From Mytilus californianus (taxonomy: Eukaryota): a stretch of 64,000 nucleotides of DNA. The notes under the pieces were generated by a model, which ran no database searches, was not told the origin of the DNA, and saw only the letters and a list, made by a program, of their open reading frames with translations. The DNA lies in assembly GCF_021869535.1 (NCBI RefSeq), contig NW_026262745.1:24428001-24492000 (forward strand), in the 5' to 3' direction. Below, piece by piece: positions 49,319 to 62,700 of the stretch; the first letter of the stretch is position 1; the number at the start of each line of letters is the position of its first letter. Made by a program: the position numbers and the translations under genes.

Positions 49319-50516
49319 ACTTGATATTTTAAGTATGTCTAACTTTGAGACATAGTTTCGTAAAAATATAATCGTGGTTAAAAATATTTTCTTTAAGATA
49401 ACGTCTTTTCTAAAATACATGTTTAGTTGTTATATGACTTTTACAATAACAATTTATAATCTAAAACCTGTTTCAAAATTTATATTCATAAAATTGAGAA
49501 ATCCGAAACTAAGTTTTACCTTAATCTTTTTCAGTGTGAAGGTCGTTCTACTTTCGATTTGATACTGATGATGAACAAGCTAAATGAGAATTTATTTATC
49601 AGTATTCAATTCACTTCTGAAAAAGATGTGTCAATGGTAAATATTTATTGAAATATATCACGTTGTTGAGACATCTCCATAATTACAACGCATTTTTTAG
49701 TGAAGCATGGAATGAATGACAGAATGTTCATCATTTTACATATTGTCACCTCCCCCAAACTTATATTTACTTTGACTATATGGGTCAACGGATATTTTCT
49801 TGTCCAACATCAACAGCAGATGATATTCTCTGGAAAAAAATCACCATTTTATTACAATTATCAAATATGACGTGCTTGGAGAGAGTTGATCTGAGGCTGG
49901 AGTTTTGCATGAAACAAGAATACCTAAAATAATTAAGTCCCTCCCTGTGATCAATTCTCCACTCGCTAGGACCCTAGCACTTTGTATTATAAAAAAGTGT
50001 CACAAAACCAGGATTTTTATTGGCACTCTCTCCATGAGATAGCCAGTCAGATTGAAGCTTAATGAGTTTGAATGTCCCTTAGGTATCTTTCATCTTTCTT
50101 TTAATGTTATATTCTTTAAAAAAATGTATATATGTTCAATGTTTTATTCAAATCATGTTTAGTATTATAGTATGTTTTGTCTTGTAGTCATAATTAAGCT
50201 GTAATAAAATTCTGCCTTAATACGGGCACTGTGATTAGTTAATAAAATAATAGAATAAAATTTTGTTACAAAGATGGGATACAAGGACTACAACATCAGT
50301 TTATTCAACTGTTTTTTTAAACATGAGGAGCAAGAAAATTACCAGATACATGTAATGTAACCTGCACATTAACTCTGGTGCATTGTTGCAGGCTTATTTT
50401 TAATATCATATGTAACTTTTATATTTCATTGATGAAAAGCATCAAATAGTTTAAGTATGTCCAATGAAGTATTTGCATCAAAATAAAACTGATGGACCTT
50501 TTATTTATTTTTTTAG
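49319..50516. promoter_or_regulatory. Putative bidirectional promoter region of REP and TBCK, including a probable non-coding TBCK first exon and intron
   Basis: Divergent start codons at 49318 (-) and 50550 (+). An acceptor at 50516 upstream of the TBCK ATG implies an upstream UTR exon (candidate donor G|gtaaat at 49636/49637). Confidence 0.55.
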
Positions 50517-50549
50517 GTGTGATTATCTTATGCTTAGCTCAAGCTCAAA

Positions 50550-50742
50550 ATGACAGAATTAGGGAAAGCAGATTTTGGTGTAACAACTTTCTTTGCTAAA
50601 AGTCATCCAAATGACAAATGTGGATCTAATGGACTTCCATTGACTCCAAACTCAATAAAAATACTTGGTCGATTTCAAGGATTGACAACTATACATCATC
50701 CCAGGTTGTGTAGATACATAGACATTAGTAAAGGCAGGCATG
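50550..50742 (+). CDS. TBCK: TBCK coding exon 1
   Basis: [43 protein letters not shown]; G|gtaag. Confidence 0.95.
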
Positions 50743-53700
50743 GTAAGAATTGTCTAAAATTTGAAAACATCTGTTAATATAAAGAGTTGTAATATAATTG
50801 CAAATGTCCACTACGGACCAGAGATTGTGATATGTGTATCTACATATATATCCCCTCTTTTCATATCTTGAATATGACCTTCATATAACTATCATTGTAC
50901 CTTTCTCATTGACAAGTATCCCCTAGATAGTCTAAACTAAGAAGTTAGAATTTATGCTAAACAGTTATATATACATATATATGATATACCGGTATTTATA
51001 TGCAAAAAAAGGAAATTTTATAATATACATTTATTAAAACTCTAGACTAAATAGTATTTATGTAATTATCTAGTAATTATAAATGTCATTGCAAGTAGTA
51101 TTTCTCATTGTTTTTATTTGCAAATTTATATTTCAGAAAGATTAATAGTTGTATCAGAATACTATACAGATAACTTACTTAAAATTGGCAAAACAGGAAA
51201 ATATGCAAGGTAAGAAAAAAGAGAAAAGAAAATAATCATTATATGAAAAAAATGTTTGAAATAACTATGATTTGAAATCATGTTACAATAGTCTGTTGTA
51301 ACGTATAATAGCAAATTATCAACAAGCTCAAACTGTCAAATGTACCTATCAATATAAAATGATCTTTCATTTACAAAATTATTCCCTGAACTGAAATCAT
51401 ACAAAATTAGTAGTAGTCTAAAAGTCTGCTTTGTTGTGCATAGTATAAGGTTCAACCAATTATTATTTTTCTTTACAAATCCTGCAAGAAACAATGGGTT
51501 ACTAACAAATGATTTTCACTTCCAAAAGAGGCAAAATATGATAAACTTTACATTTCTGTGAATGATATGTACATGCATACATTTAATTTCAGTGTTGAAG
51601 AATTACTGACCTTGGCATATGAAGTGCTAGAGGGCTTGGTGTATCTCAATAGGAAATCCATTACACATAGAAATTTGTCTAAATCTAATATATTATTTGA
51701 TACAAAGGTAACTTTATTCATTGATTGTTATTTACTGTATTATTAGATAAATTGGAATAAAGGGAATTTAATTAGGGGACATTATGATTTTGTTCAGTGT
51801 CACATGGGACGGTATAAATAAAAGTTTAAGAAGATGTGGTGTATATACAACAATGAGACAACAACCCATCCTAATGTTGACCAATCAAATATTTAAATTG
51901 CTATTTTATTTTATCTTATGTGGAATAAAAGGAATTTGAAGCATCAATTATAAAACCTTCATAGTCATTTCTACCTAATAACTGATGTGTCAGTGAATTT
52001 TGACAGGACTGAAGTATAATCATCAATGTCAAATTTTTGAATCAGTGGATTTAAATATTTAAACAAAAATGACTTCATTCTAGCAATACTAGTTTAGATA
52101 TGGAAATATTGTTATAATAATTGAAGTTGAGTTAGATATTTAAACTTTTTATAAAAGACTGTTGATATTTAATTGCTTCAATCAAAGGGCAATAACACCT
52201 TTTAATAAAAATATGTTACCACTTTAAGAATGCATGACACATTAATTTTCAGCAGGGATTGTTGAGACTTTAGATTTTGGAAACTAAATATATAAAATGT
52301 TTGTGTGATCATCAAATTGTAAATACAAAACTGCTCAAGGTCAACTTGGCCTGAGGGTATTGCAACTTTTATTTTAGTACAATTACATAACTTCAAATGT
52401 GTTGTCAGAATGACAGAATGTATCATTTAAATCATACTAATACCACTTTAATGAAATGCATTTTATTCTCAGGGTAATGTGAAGTTGTCAGAGTATGGAT
52501 TGTATCATGTTACAGAATATGGTGCTAATGTTTCATTTCCAATAGGGTAATTAGCTATTTTTATGCATATAATATTTCTGACCATTTGTTCTTTCATTCA
52601 TACATCTATTTGTTCTTCAGATGTCTTTTTGTATGTATTTTTTGTCCCACATATGTATCTGCAACTGCTCTTGAATCACATGACAGAATTTTGTGAAAAT
52701 TTCACTGGTTCTTACTCACATGATGAAATTGCACCTCTTATTTCATTCTTCATCTAAATGATTTTTGGGGTTTACTTTATGATGAATTACATGGACCTAC
52801 CCATAGTTTTATCTGCACACTATAGTACAAATTTTTATTCACTTCTCTTCCTACTCCCCTTATCATAATAAAATGAAACTTTCTTACAAACTTTAACAAA
52901 TAATGCTATTGTACTTCTTATTTATTTTTTGGTCCAAGTTTATTTTTGGGACTCCCTTACCAAAGAATGGACTTTGCCATTACTTTATTAGGGGTGACAA
53001 TTTTGTATCCTCCTTTTTTTTCTTTTTTTATCAGAATCATTTTAATAGTTTCCTTAAGAAAATCAAGTAAACACTATATAAAAATAAGGAGATGTGGTAT
53101 GATGAGAAAAACCCATACTTTTTTGGGGTTTCCCTTACCAAAGAATGGACTTTGCCATTACTTTATTAGGGGTGACAATTTTGTATCCTCCTTTTTTTTC
53201 TTTTTTTATCAGAATCATTTTAATAGTTTCCTTAAGAAAATCAAGTAAACACTATATAAAAATAAGGAGATGTGGTATGATGAGAAAAACCCATACTTTT
53301 TTGGGGTTTCCCTTACCAAAGAATGGACTTTGCAATTACTTTATTAGGGGTGACAATTTTGTATCCTCCTTTTTTTTCTTTTTTTTTCATCAGAATCATT
53401 TTAATAGTTTCCTTAAGAAAATCAAGTACACACTATATAAAAATAAGGAGATGTGGTATGATGAGAAAAACCCATACTGTATAGTCGGCTATAGTACACA
53501 TTTATATCAACTAGGCCTTCTCCTCCAAAACCCCAAATCTGAATTTGATGACTTTTTATCAGAATCTTCACCATATAATGCCATTGTGCACCACCTATTT
53601 TATTTTTTTATCTTAGATATTTCTGGGGTTTCCCTTACTAAATAATGAACTTTACAACGGGCAGGATACCATTTAGAGAGTTTTGCTCACAGTTTCTCTA

Positions 53701-56700
53701 GTTAAAATTGATGTTCTGTAAACAGGGAAATTTTCAGGGGTAGTTTTATTTCCACATTATTAGAGGTAAGAGTTTATATTATTTATGCAAACCATTTGTC
53801 AATGTACACATCATACAACTAATTTTCACATTAGATGATTTTGTTTTTTTTTCAAATCAAATGAAACTATTAAAAAAAAAAGATATTACCCTAACTGTAC
53901 TTGTACACTTTGATGTGTTATGATCATGTTGGATGTACATGTCAACAATTTAGATTATTTATACAGGTCATTTCAATTGAAAGCAGAGTTCAGTTTCTAT
54001 GTAATATCTTTCCTGTTATGATTTATTCTTTGGTTGTACAGTTCCAAAATCAATCTTAGAATGTTATGTTCAAGACTTGGAAACCAGTATTTTCTAGACT
54101 AGTTACTGTAAATTTAGAAATTATTGCATGCATTTATTATCACGATTTTTGAAGAAAGGACAAAAATGTGAGATTAATTATTGCAATTTCCAGAAAATCT
54201 GCATACAGATATATGTATCAGATATCATAATGCGAGTTATTTTTGCAATACTCACCCAGTCGCATTATTCGCAATAATGAAAACCATGTAATAATGTCTG
54301 AAATTACAGTAATAATTTTAAATGTATATGCTCTCTGAACTTCATTTGTATATATAGACTTCCAGAGTATATGCCACCTGAAGTGTTATGTGATTGTCCA
54401 ATAGAAACAGATGAACATGCTGATACAGAAACTGTAGTTACAGATCCTTGTGGTCCTAAAACAGATGTCTGGTCTCTAGGGGTTATCTTGTTAGAGGTTT
54501 TTACTGTAAGTTTGTTTATCAGTATACAGTTTTTGATTAGAAATATAGTCATCTTCCATTGATTGAAATATTTCCAAAACTTAACATGGTTATCTCTCCC
54601 TACTAGTATATGGTAGGGTTTATTAGGTACTCACCAAAAGTCCAGGTTTGTCCCCAGTATCCTGACAGATTTCCCACATAAATAAAACTTGAAACTGTGC
54701 CACTGAATTAAAAATGAAATTAAACCTCACAAAGCAAACACTGAACTTTTATAAATTGTGACTTGGATGGAGAGTTGTCTCATTGGCACTCATACCACAT
54801 CTTCTTATATCTACTTAAGATATTATAAACTGAGGAAGACTTTGAAAAAGTTAAAAAAAACAATTGACTGTTCTTTGAAAGTAATAAAAAAGAGAAACTA
54901 GATAAATTTTCCAATGTCATGATTATGTAGGATATTAGATTTTATGAAAGCAAATAAAAAAGCCAGTTTTAATTTTTGCATTTCAGAATGTTGATTTATG
55001 GGAAGGTCTATCTAATCCACAGAAAATTTATAGGACAGTAGAGTTCTTAAATGAAGGTAAAGTATCAAGCAAAAAAGTAAATTTACAGTTAATAAATTAC
55101 ACTGTGGGAGCAGAAATTTAAGATTATTCTTGTTTCTAATATGATTTTTTCACTTAAATCCAACAAAGAGTCCAAAGAAAAAAACACACACCAAAATAAA
55201 CATTTTTAACCTAAAAGTTAGCTCAGAACTGTCTTCTGCAAAAACACCTGTATCTTTTTCATATTTTCTTGAAACTAGTCCAGTCAGTTTAAATTTTATC
55301 AAGAGATATCTAAAAAAGAAGACACTTGTTAAAATATAATTTGCTTTGACAGTGGAAAGGCTTCATTTAGGTAACTGAATTTTAGTACAGTTTAATTGTA
55401 ATTTTATTGAACTTTATTACCCACATCTCCTTTTATTAACCTGATTTTTGAAAGAAAAAACGGTTATTGATTTGGGCGGGCGTGCCGTTGCCAAACAGTG
55501 TCCTTTCATTTACATGAAAACGCTTTGACAAAATCGTTTCAGATTTAGATATGTTGTTTCCTGTGACTAAATGAAGGTCAAGTTCAATTGTTACGATTTC
55601 AGCTGTTCTCGTTGTTGAGTTGTAGACCTTTCAGTAGAAAAAATTATTTTTATTATATGAATTTGAGTTATTTCCCTTTGAACAGAAATTATTAATTAAT
55701 TTTTATTATATGAATTTGAGTTATTTTTTTATATTTAGGTTAACTGGAAGTCTGCCTGTGTGATTTAGTTTTCATTATTAATTAGTTTTTTATGGTAGCT
55801 ATTTAAAGAAGGAAAATTGGAAGTGACCAGTTACAAAAAATATTTGGATGAGGCTGACTTTATAGGTTTTATAAAAACGTTGTTATTGTTCAACAAAATA
55901 TAGTATTTGTGAAAGTTCTATAAAAGTTGTCCAATTAGAATTTTTTGTCATTAAGTAACCTGATGAACATAAATTCATACTTGCCAACCTCTGACAATGA
56001 AAAATCATGTCATGACATGACATGACATGTCAAAAAGCGTGTGAAAACGTGTGATGTAGTTGCAGACTTTTTAGTATGAAAATTATACAAATTTGTTAAT
56101 ATAAAACAACAATATTCTACTGTAAACTTTTATTGCATTCAACAGTGGCCTGTTTTTGCTGCTTTCAAAACAACACTACTAGGCAAATATACAAAATAAC
56201 TGCCAGTTTTGTTAAATTTACATGATAACAAGGCACACAATATATCATTGAGTTCTGATCTGAATTCAGTGTAAACTTCTTTATAATTGAAAATGCTCTC
56301 TCACAGTCAGAATTGTTATTTGGCAAAACTAAAATAGCTTTAATGTTTAAATAGCAAGCTTTGAAATAATGTCATATATATAATGGGTTTTTTTTGCCAT
56401 TAAAAATGTCATCTATGTCTGCCATTGCTCCCCACAAATTATATATGTTGCTATTGTCATGTTAAAACTGGGTAGTTCATCAAAAGACAGCTGGTACTCA
56501 GAGAACTGATCCAACAGTTTTGTGATATTCCCTTCCCATATGGCCTGTGGAAATCTGTTGGCTAGATTTGAAACTGAAAAAGAAAAAAAATATAATTTGA
56601 ATACCATTGAATGCTTTATCAAATAGTACATCCTCATGTCCTCTCACACATGTTGTTATGATTGCAAATGATTGATAATGTTTGCAGATGACCAAATATG

Positions 56701-59700
56701 AATATGAGAGTAACATAGGGTGCACAATGCATTGTTCGGCCCTCGATCACTTTCTTTTGATTTTAACACGGACTCCCAACTTTTTTGGTACGTACACTGG
56801 TATCGTTTTCGCTTAGCACTCAGCGCTTTAGACGACAGTACAGGTCCAGAAAGTGACCACTTTCTGCTGGACATTTCCCCAAAGTGAATTTGAGAGAAAG
56901 AAGTAACAAAATCTTAAAACCTACTTACAAACTTACCTGAACTGAAGGGCTTTTGGCCAAAGACCACAATTAATGATCCCACTTTTCGTTGCCCACGAAT
57001 ATAGTTCCTTTTAATTAGAGTGTATTTTTTCTTAATTTTTTTCTTTCCCTTCCTCACTCATTTTATAGATTTTTTTGGATGGAAATGAAAGATGAGAGGT
57101 GAAATAAACTTTTGGATGTTGTATTTTAACTGATTTTGATATGGAAAGAGTGATTAGGCCAGGTGCAAAAAGGTGATATTTACAGTTTTCGGAACATCTC
57201 TTGACTTGTCCATAGGGGTATGGATGTGTATTGTCTAAATTTGTAAGATGCTGGAGAGCAGTATTTCTGAATGTTTGATATATGTTTGGACTAGTACTGT
57301 ACTTTACACACACAAAATATTTGACAAAAAGAATCGGTGCATTTTTTTTAATGAAACAAAACGTTATAAAGAACGTTAGAATAGAGAATTTAATTGTGGT
57401 CTGTGGCCTTTTGTTGTTCGTCCATATCGCAAATAAACAATGGTGACATAACAAGTTTTGAAATTCTCGGTTTTTATCGTCTATTAATGAAAACTCCTGT
57501 GAATTGCTATCTCACTAACGACCAAAAAAATCAAAACAACGAAAAAGCGTGTAATAGCGTGTAAAGTGGCGAAAAGTGTGTACAAGCCATGTGACAAAAT
57601 CCTCGCGTGTAAACCGTTGAAAAAGCGTGTATTACACGCGAATATCATGTGAGTTGGCAACTATGCATGATAAATTTCTTTCATGAGAAAAAAATGGGGT
57701 TTTGTAATTTCACAACAGCATGTAAATTGGCAAGTTGAACATTTTTTCATGACTTTCCTAATGCTAAGGAAAGCTTTCTAATCTGGAATATAGCTCTGAA
57801 ACAACTTTTTGTAGCATGTTATTGGTGATTTTTTTTTTTTAAATATTTGCAGATATCACATCCGTAATAAACTTTTCTTTGTGTGAATCTCTTTGTTTCA
57901 AATGAAAATTTGTCTTTTTTAATGGAAATCATAAACTTAGTATTATTGTTTATAGGAAAGCATCCTTTTGACTTTTATACAGAAGAATACAACTTGCAGG
58001 ATAAAATTAAGGTAAGATTGTGTATTTAAAAACAATGTCATGAGCTGTTTGGATAATTTTTAGTATTTCCCATAGAAAAGGTGCTTGTGTGTGTTTATGT
58101 CATGGATTAGAAATAATTGTGTGTTTATGTCATGGATTAAACATAATTTTGTGTTTATGTCATGTACTAGAAATAATTTTGTCTTAATATCATACATTAG
58201 AAATAATTTTGTATTGATGTCTAAAACTAAAAAAATATGTTTGTGAAAAGACAAGTTTTAGAATAAATTACTTTATCATTTCATAGCAGGTTTATTTTCC
58301 TTGTGTAATGTACTTAATTAGGATCATCTCTTCACCTTGGATTTGGATAAGTTGTAAGAAACTATTGTCAGCTTGATGTCTGTTTATTAAATTCTCAAAA
58401 AGTTGTGTTTTGTCTTTGATGAGATTTAATGGCAAGACAGGTGTTAATGTATGTTCCACCATCATCCTGGTTTGTATTCATTAGCTACTAACTTGATAAA
58501 GAGCCATTATGGAAATGGAAAAGAGTCAATATCATACTCTGTCATGCCTTCATAATGATAAAATAAAAGACAGTATTGTTGAATAACTAAGCTGTGTGAA
58601 TCTGATAAATAAGTAGAAGAACAGTTCATAGCATTGGGAAAAGAACAGTTCATAGCATTGGGAAAAGAACAGTTCATAGCATTGGGAACAGGGATATTGA
58701 GATATTTTCAATACCAATTTCATTTGTTACAAAATATGGTGGAGTGTTATGTGTGTGCAAACACCCCTTTGCCTATTTAGACCATATGTCATAAAGTAAA
58801 ACACACAACTATATAACCTTCACAGTCCAGTTCCCTACATGATGACCAACAACTTGAACAAGGGAAAAAAAGACTAGTTCTCAGAAATATAAAGTTGGGT
58901 AGTTGCATATTAAAGGTTAACTTAAATTGAGACTATATAATGCCAGATATGTTCATTGATTATGAAAGTCTGAAAGTCAATTTTTAAGAATAAGGAAATA
59001 TTTAAAACATATTCAACATTGAAATGAATTTTAAATGTGTATAATGTATTTATTCTTATTACTTTATCTGGTAACAAGAGATATGAAATGTGTGAAATTT
59101 ACTATTAATTAAAAATATAAGTAGACATAATTCAGTTTGTAATATCTAATTTACCTTCAGTAAGTAGAAAGAATAAAGCTGAAAACTATTATTTTTTTAT
59201 AACCCGTTATTTTATATTTTCACAGGTTTTGCCAGAAGGAGTTTTAGATTTCATAAGAAACTGTTTGATAGTTAATTCCAAAGAAAGGTAAGAACTTTTA
59301 TTTATAGTTTGAAAAAAGTTATCAACACTTACATGTTGATGCAAGCTTTATATGCATAAGGAATGCAAAGTATGTTCAATTTTGCTATGTTTGAACTTTG
59401 TGTTAGACTGAATACATATCATATATATTTAAAAATTAATAATCTGTAAATTTAAAGATAGGATTTTGAATGTCCATATGTTTTGTGAACCTTTGCATTT
59501 TTGGCCACCTGCTATGGATGGGAATACTTCATCTGTACATTTGTCAACATGAGATGCTAAACATTTTTGCATTTCATATGAATAATGGGAAGAAATCTAT
59601 TATTCAGTGTATGCACAAAATGGAGGAATTATATACAACAGTTCAACATTTAGGCCTACATTTTACACATGAGACACTCTAAATTATTGCATCAAAGTTT

Positions 59701-62700
59701 ATTTCACAGAAACTACTGATAATATATATAACTATTTAGCATTTCATATCAAATTTGTTTTTTCCCACAGACCATCTCCAGAATCTTTATTACAGCATAA
59801 AGTCTTCAGTGAACATAATACTAATAAGGTAAGATTTGTTTTTGGACTAATTGTTCTACAGTACATTTGAACTCTGAGAGTTTCATGTTTTTGTTCATGC
59901 GACAAAAGTCACAGTAGTGGAGACATAAATATAATTTTATCTGCAGTATGGACAGAATCAAGATATAAACAAAATTCTCTTTGAACTTGAAACTTGTCTA
60001 ATATAATTCTGTGTAAACTAGAAACAAGTGTCAATTCTGAATTAGAAAAACTCAGTCTTAAAATTGTTAGATTTTGTCGGATTATAATTCTCAAAATTCA
60101 ACTTTTTTTTCATCTTTAGAGTTTGTACTTATGATATTGAATGCATTCACAGTAATTTTAGTTTACAGAGAGCAAATGTGACTACCTTGCATTGGTATAT
60201 AATAGCAATTGTAAAACTTCTTATGTTATTTTTTAGAAGCCACATAAGAATGGATTTAGAATGTTTACTGTTCAGTTAAGGAGCAAAGATTTGGAATTGT
60301 CTCCTTATGATGAAAATGGATACACTGAAGGTACTTGTCTATAATTTTAAGAACTGGTTGACTCAAACTTAATAATTTGGTTTATAGGTAGAATGGTATG
60401 GCTTCCTTTGGCTGGAACTCAGTAATGTTTTTAGGTAGATTGACATGTCTTTCTGCAGAGTGTTATTTTCTTAGCTTGTATATAGACTAAGCACATAGAT
60501 GTAGTACAAAGCATAGTATATTTATTAGACATTTACATTTGTTCTCTTTAATATGCATTTAGTATTTACCACTAGAAATTATTTAATATCAATATATAAA
60601 CCAATGATCTTAGGTGCAAACACTAAAAGATTGTTTTACAAAAAGACAAGAAAAAGGAAATCTGGTAATAATTCACTTGAAAGTATTGATGAAATTTAGC
60701 TCACCCGGATGTTCCAGCATATTTCTAATTGAACAACAGCATCATACATAAATAATTGCATCTGTAAATATATTTAATATATTTAATTTTTTTTAGCAAA
60801 TACCTCAATAGCTGTCTGTTTTTAAGATCATTACTAACTTATTTCTTGAATTGTCATAACTTTATATAGGCCAGGTTTTTAATTTGTTGGTTTACGGATT
60901 TTGTATGTGAAAAAGTCGGGTCGAGGGTTGAAAAAAAAAAAAAATTTACAAGACAGAAATATGTATAAATTTGATAAATATTTCAGCTTACTAACAAAAA
61001 TTTTGATATGCTTTTTCTTAATTTTTAGTTCCAAAAATTATTGTACAGCTGTTTTAAATGTACAATGCATACCATCATCACATAAGTTTTTAAAAAAGGA
61101 GTATGTCCATGGACAAACAGGAAATAAATTGTCATTTCAAGAATGAAAAAAAAAAACAGTTACTTGTTGCTTTTTATCAACTTTCAGGAAAAGTAGTGAA
61201 AAATGAGCTTCAATCACGAAAATATGTGAAATAAAAGTCTGTCCAATGGAAAAACGAGGATATCAGTTTCATCATTTTGTAGGCAATCTCACTTTTGTTA
61301 TCCAAATGGGCTAACTTTTTTTTTCAATCTATAACAAGGAAATTCCAAATAGTTTGTGGATATCTGTTACTTTTAAATTAACGTCCATCATGTTTGGACG
61401 AGTCCATTTCATCTATGAGATGAAAAATCTTACAGTATTAAAAAAAAAAAAGGAAAACAAACTAATTGTAATTGACTTTTTACAAAGGTTTCCTTTTGCA
61501 AAATTATTTGCATAAATAACATTTCAAAGTCAATTTTGATTGTCTATTTTTAGGCACAGAAACACTATGGATTATTTTTAGATTTTTATTCTTTTAGAAC
61601 TGTTTTAACATGCTAAAATAATGTGTTCAACTTTAGGAAAAAGAAAAAAGTTATTACACAGATATTTGTATTTATATTTCAGGCACAATGTATTTGTTAG
61701 GGTCGGCAGGAATAAAAAAGCATGAAATGTCAATTTTGATTTTTTTCTGAAAATCAGAAAAATAGGGTGAGCAATTCTGTAAACCAACAAATTAAAAAAC
61801 CCTGGCCTTATCCATGAATAAATGTTCAAAGTATATGCTTTTTTTATTTATAAAAAAATTGTTTCAGTGAAAGTAGAATTATTCAGATGGGTCGTTAAAA
61901 AAAACATGTAGATTAATGAAATACAAAAGATATTTCAGTGGAATAGATCAGTTATGAAAAATTGACTATTTCAGATACCGGTAACACAATGGTAACCTGA
62001 AACTTATTTATTTTTTAATAGATCATTTATCAGAAAGAAGTATGGATGAGGTGTACTACCTCTGGAGGTTAGCAGGAGGAGATTTAGAGGGAGTCCTCAA
62101 GTCACAGGGTCTAGTCAAAACAAAACCACCTGTTACATTAATACCAAAGTAAGTCAGACTAAATAATAGATGTATGACATGTACTACCTCAGGAGGTTAG
62201 CCGGAGGAGATTTAGAGGGAGTCCTCAAGTCACAGGGTCTAGTCAAAACAAAACCACCTGTTACATTAATACGAAAGTAAGTCATACTAAAAAATCGATG
62301 TATGACATGTACTACCTCAAGAGGTTAGCCAGAGGAGACTCAGAGGGAGTCCTCAAGTCACATGGTCTAGTCAAAACAAAACCATGTGTTACATTGATAC
62401 CAAAGTAAGTCAGAGTAAATAATCTATGTAAAAGCTTATGAAAAAAAACATAAGAAACTGATTTCCTTGTTTGTATTGAAATTAACACCTTTAAGATATA
62501 ATAGACATGAATAAAAAGAGTAGTGTATATGTCAATGGGACAGTAAACCCTAAACACAAAGACTAAAATACATCTGCAGGTCACCATATGATCTTCACTA
62601 ACAGAGAGGTGTCTACACAGTTTGTCAAACTCTGAATAACACGAGTCTAGAAAAGAGATATCAAATATCTGACATCATATTCCTTAAATGACAAAAAAGA

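Noticed and set aside
52946-53645. ORFs of 100 and 166 aa
   Set aside because: Artefacts of the 178-bp tandem repeat inside a TBCK intron
62312-62587. Minus-strand 91-aa ORF
   Set aside because: Antisense to the third copy of the duplicated TBCK exon segment and intron; no independent evidence
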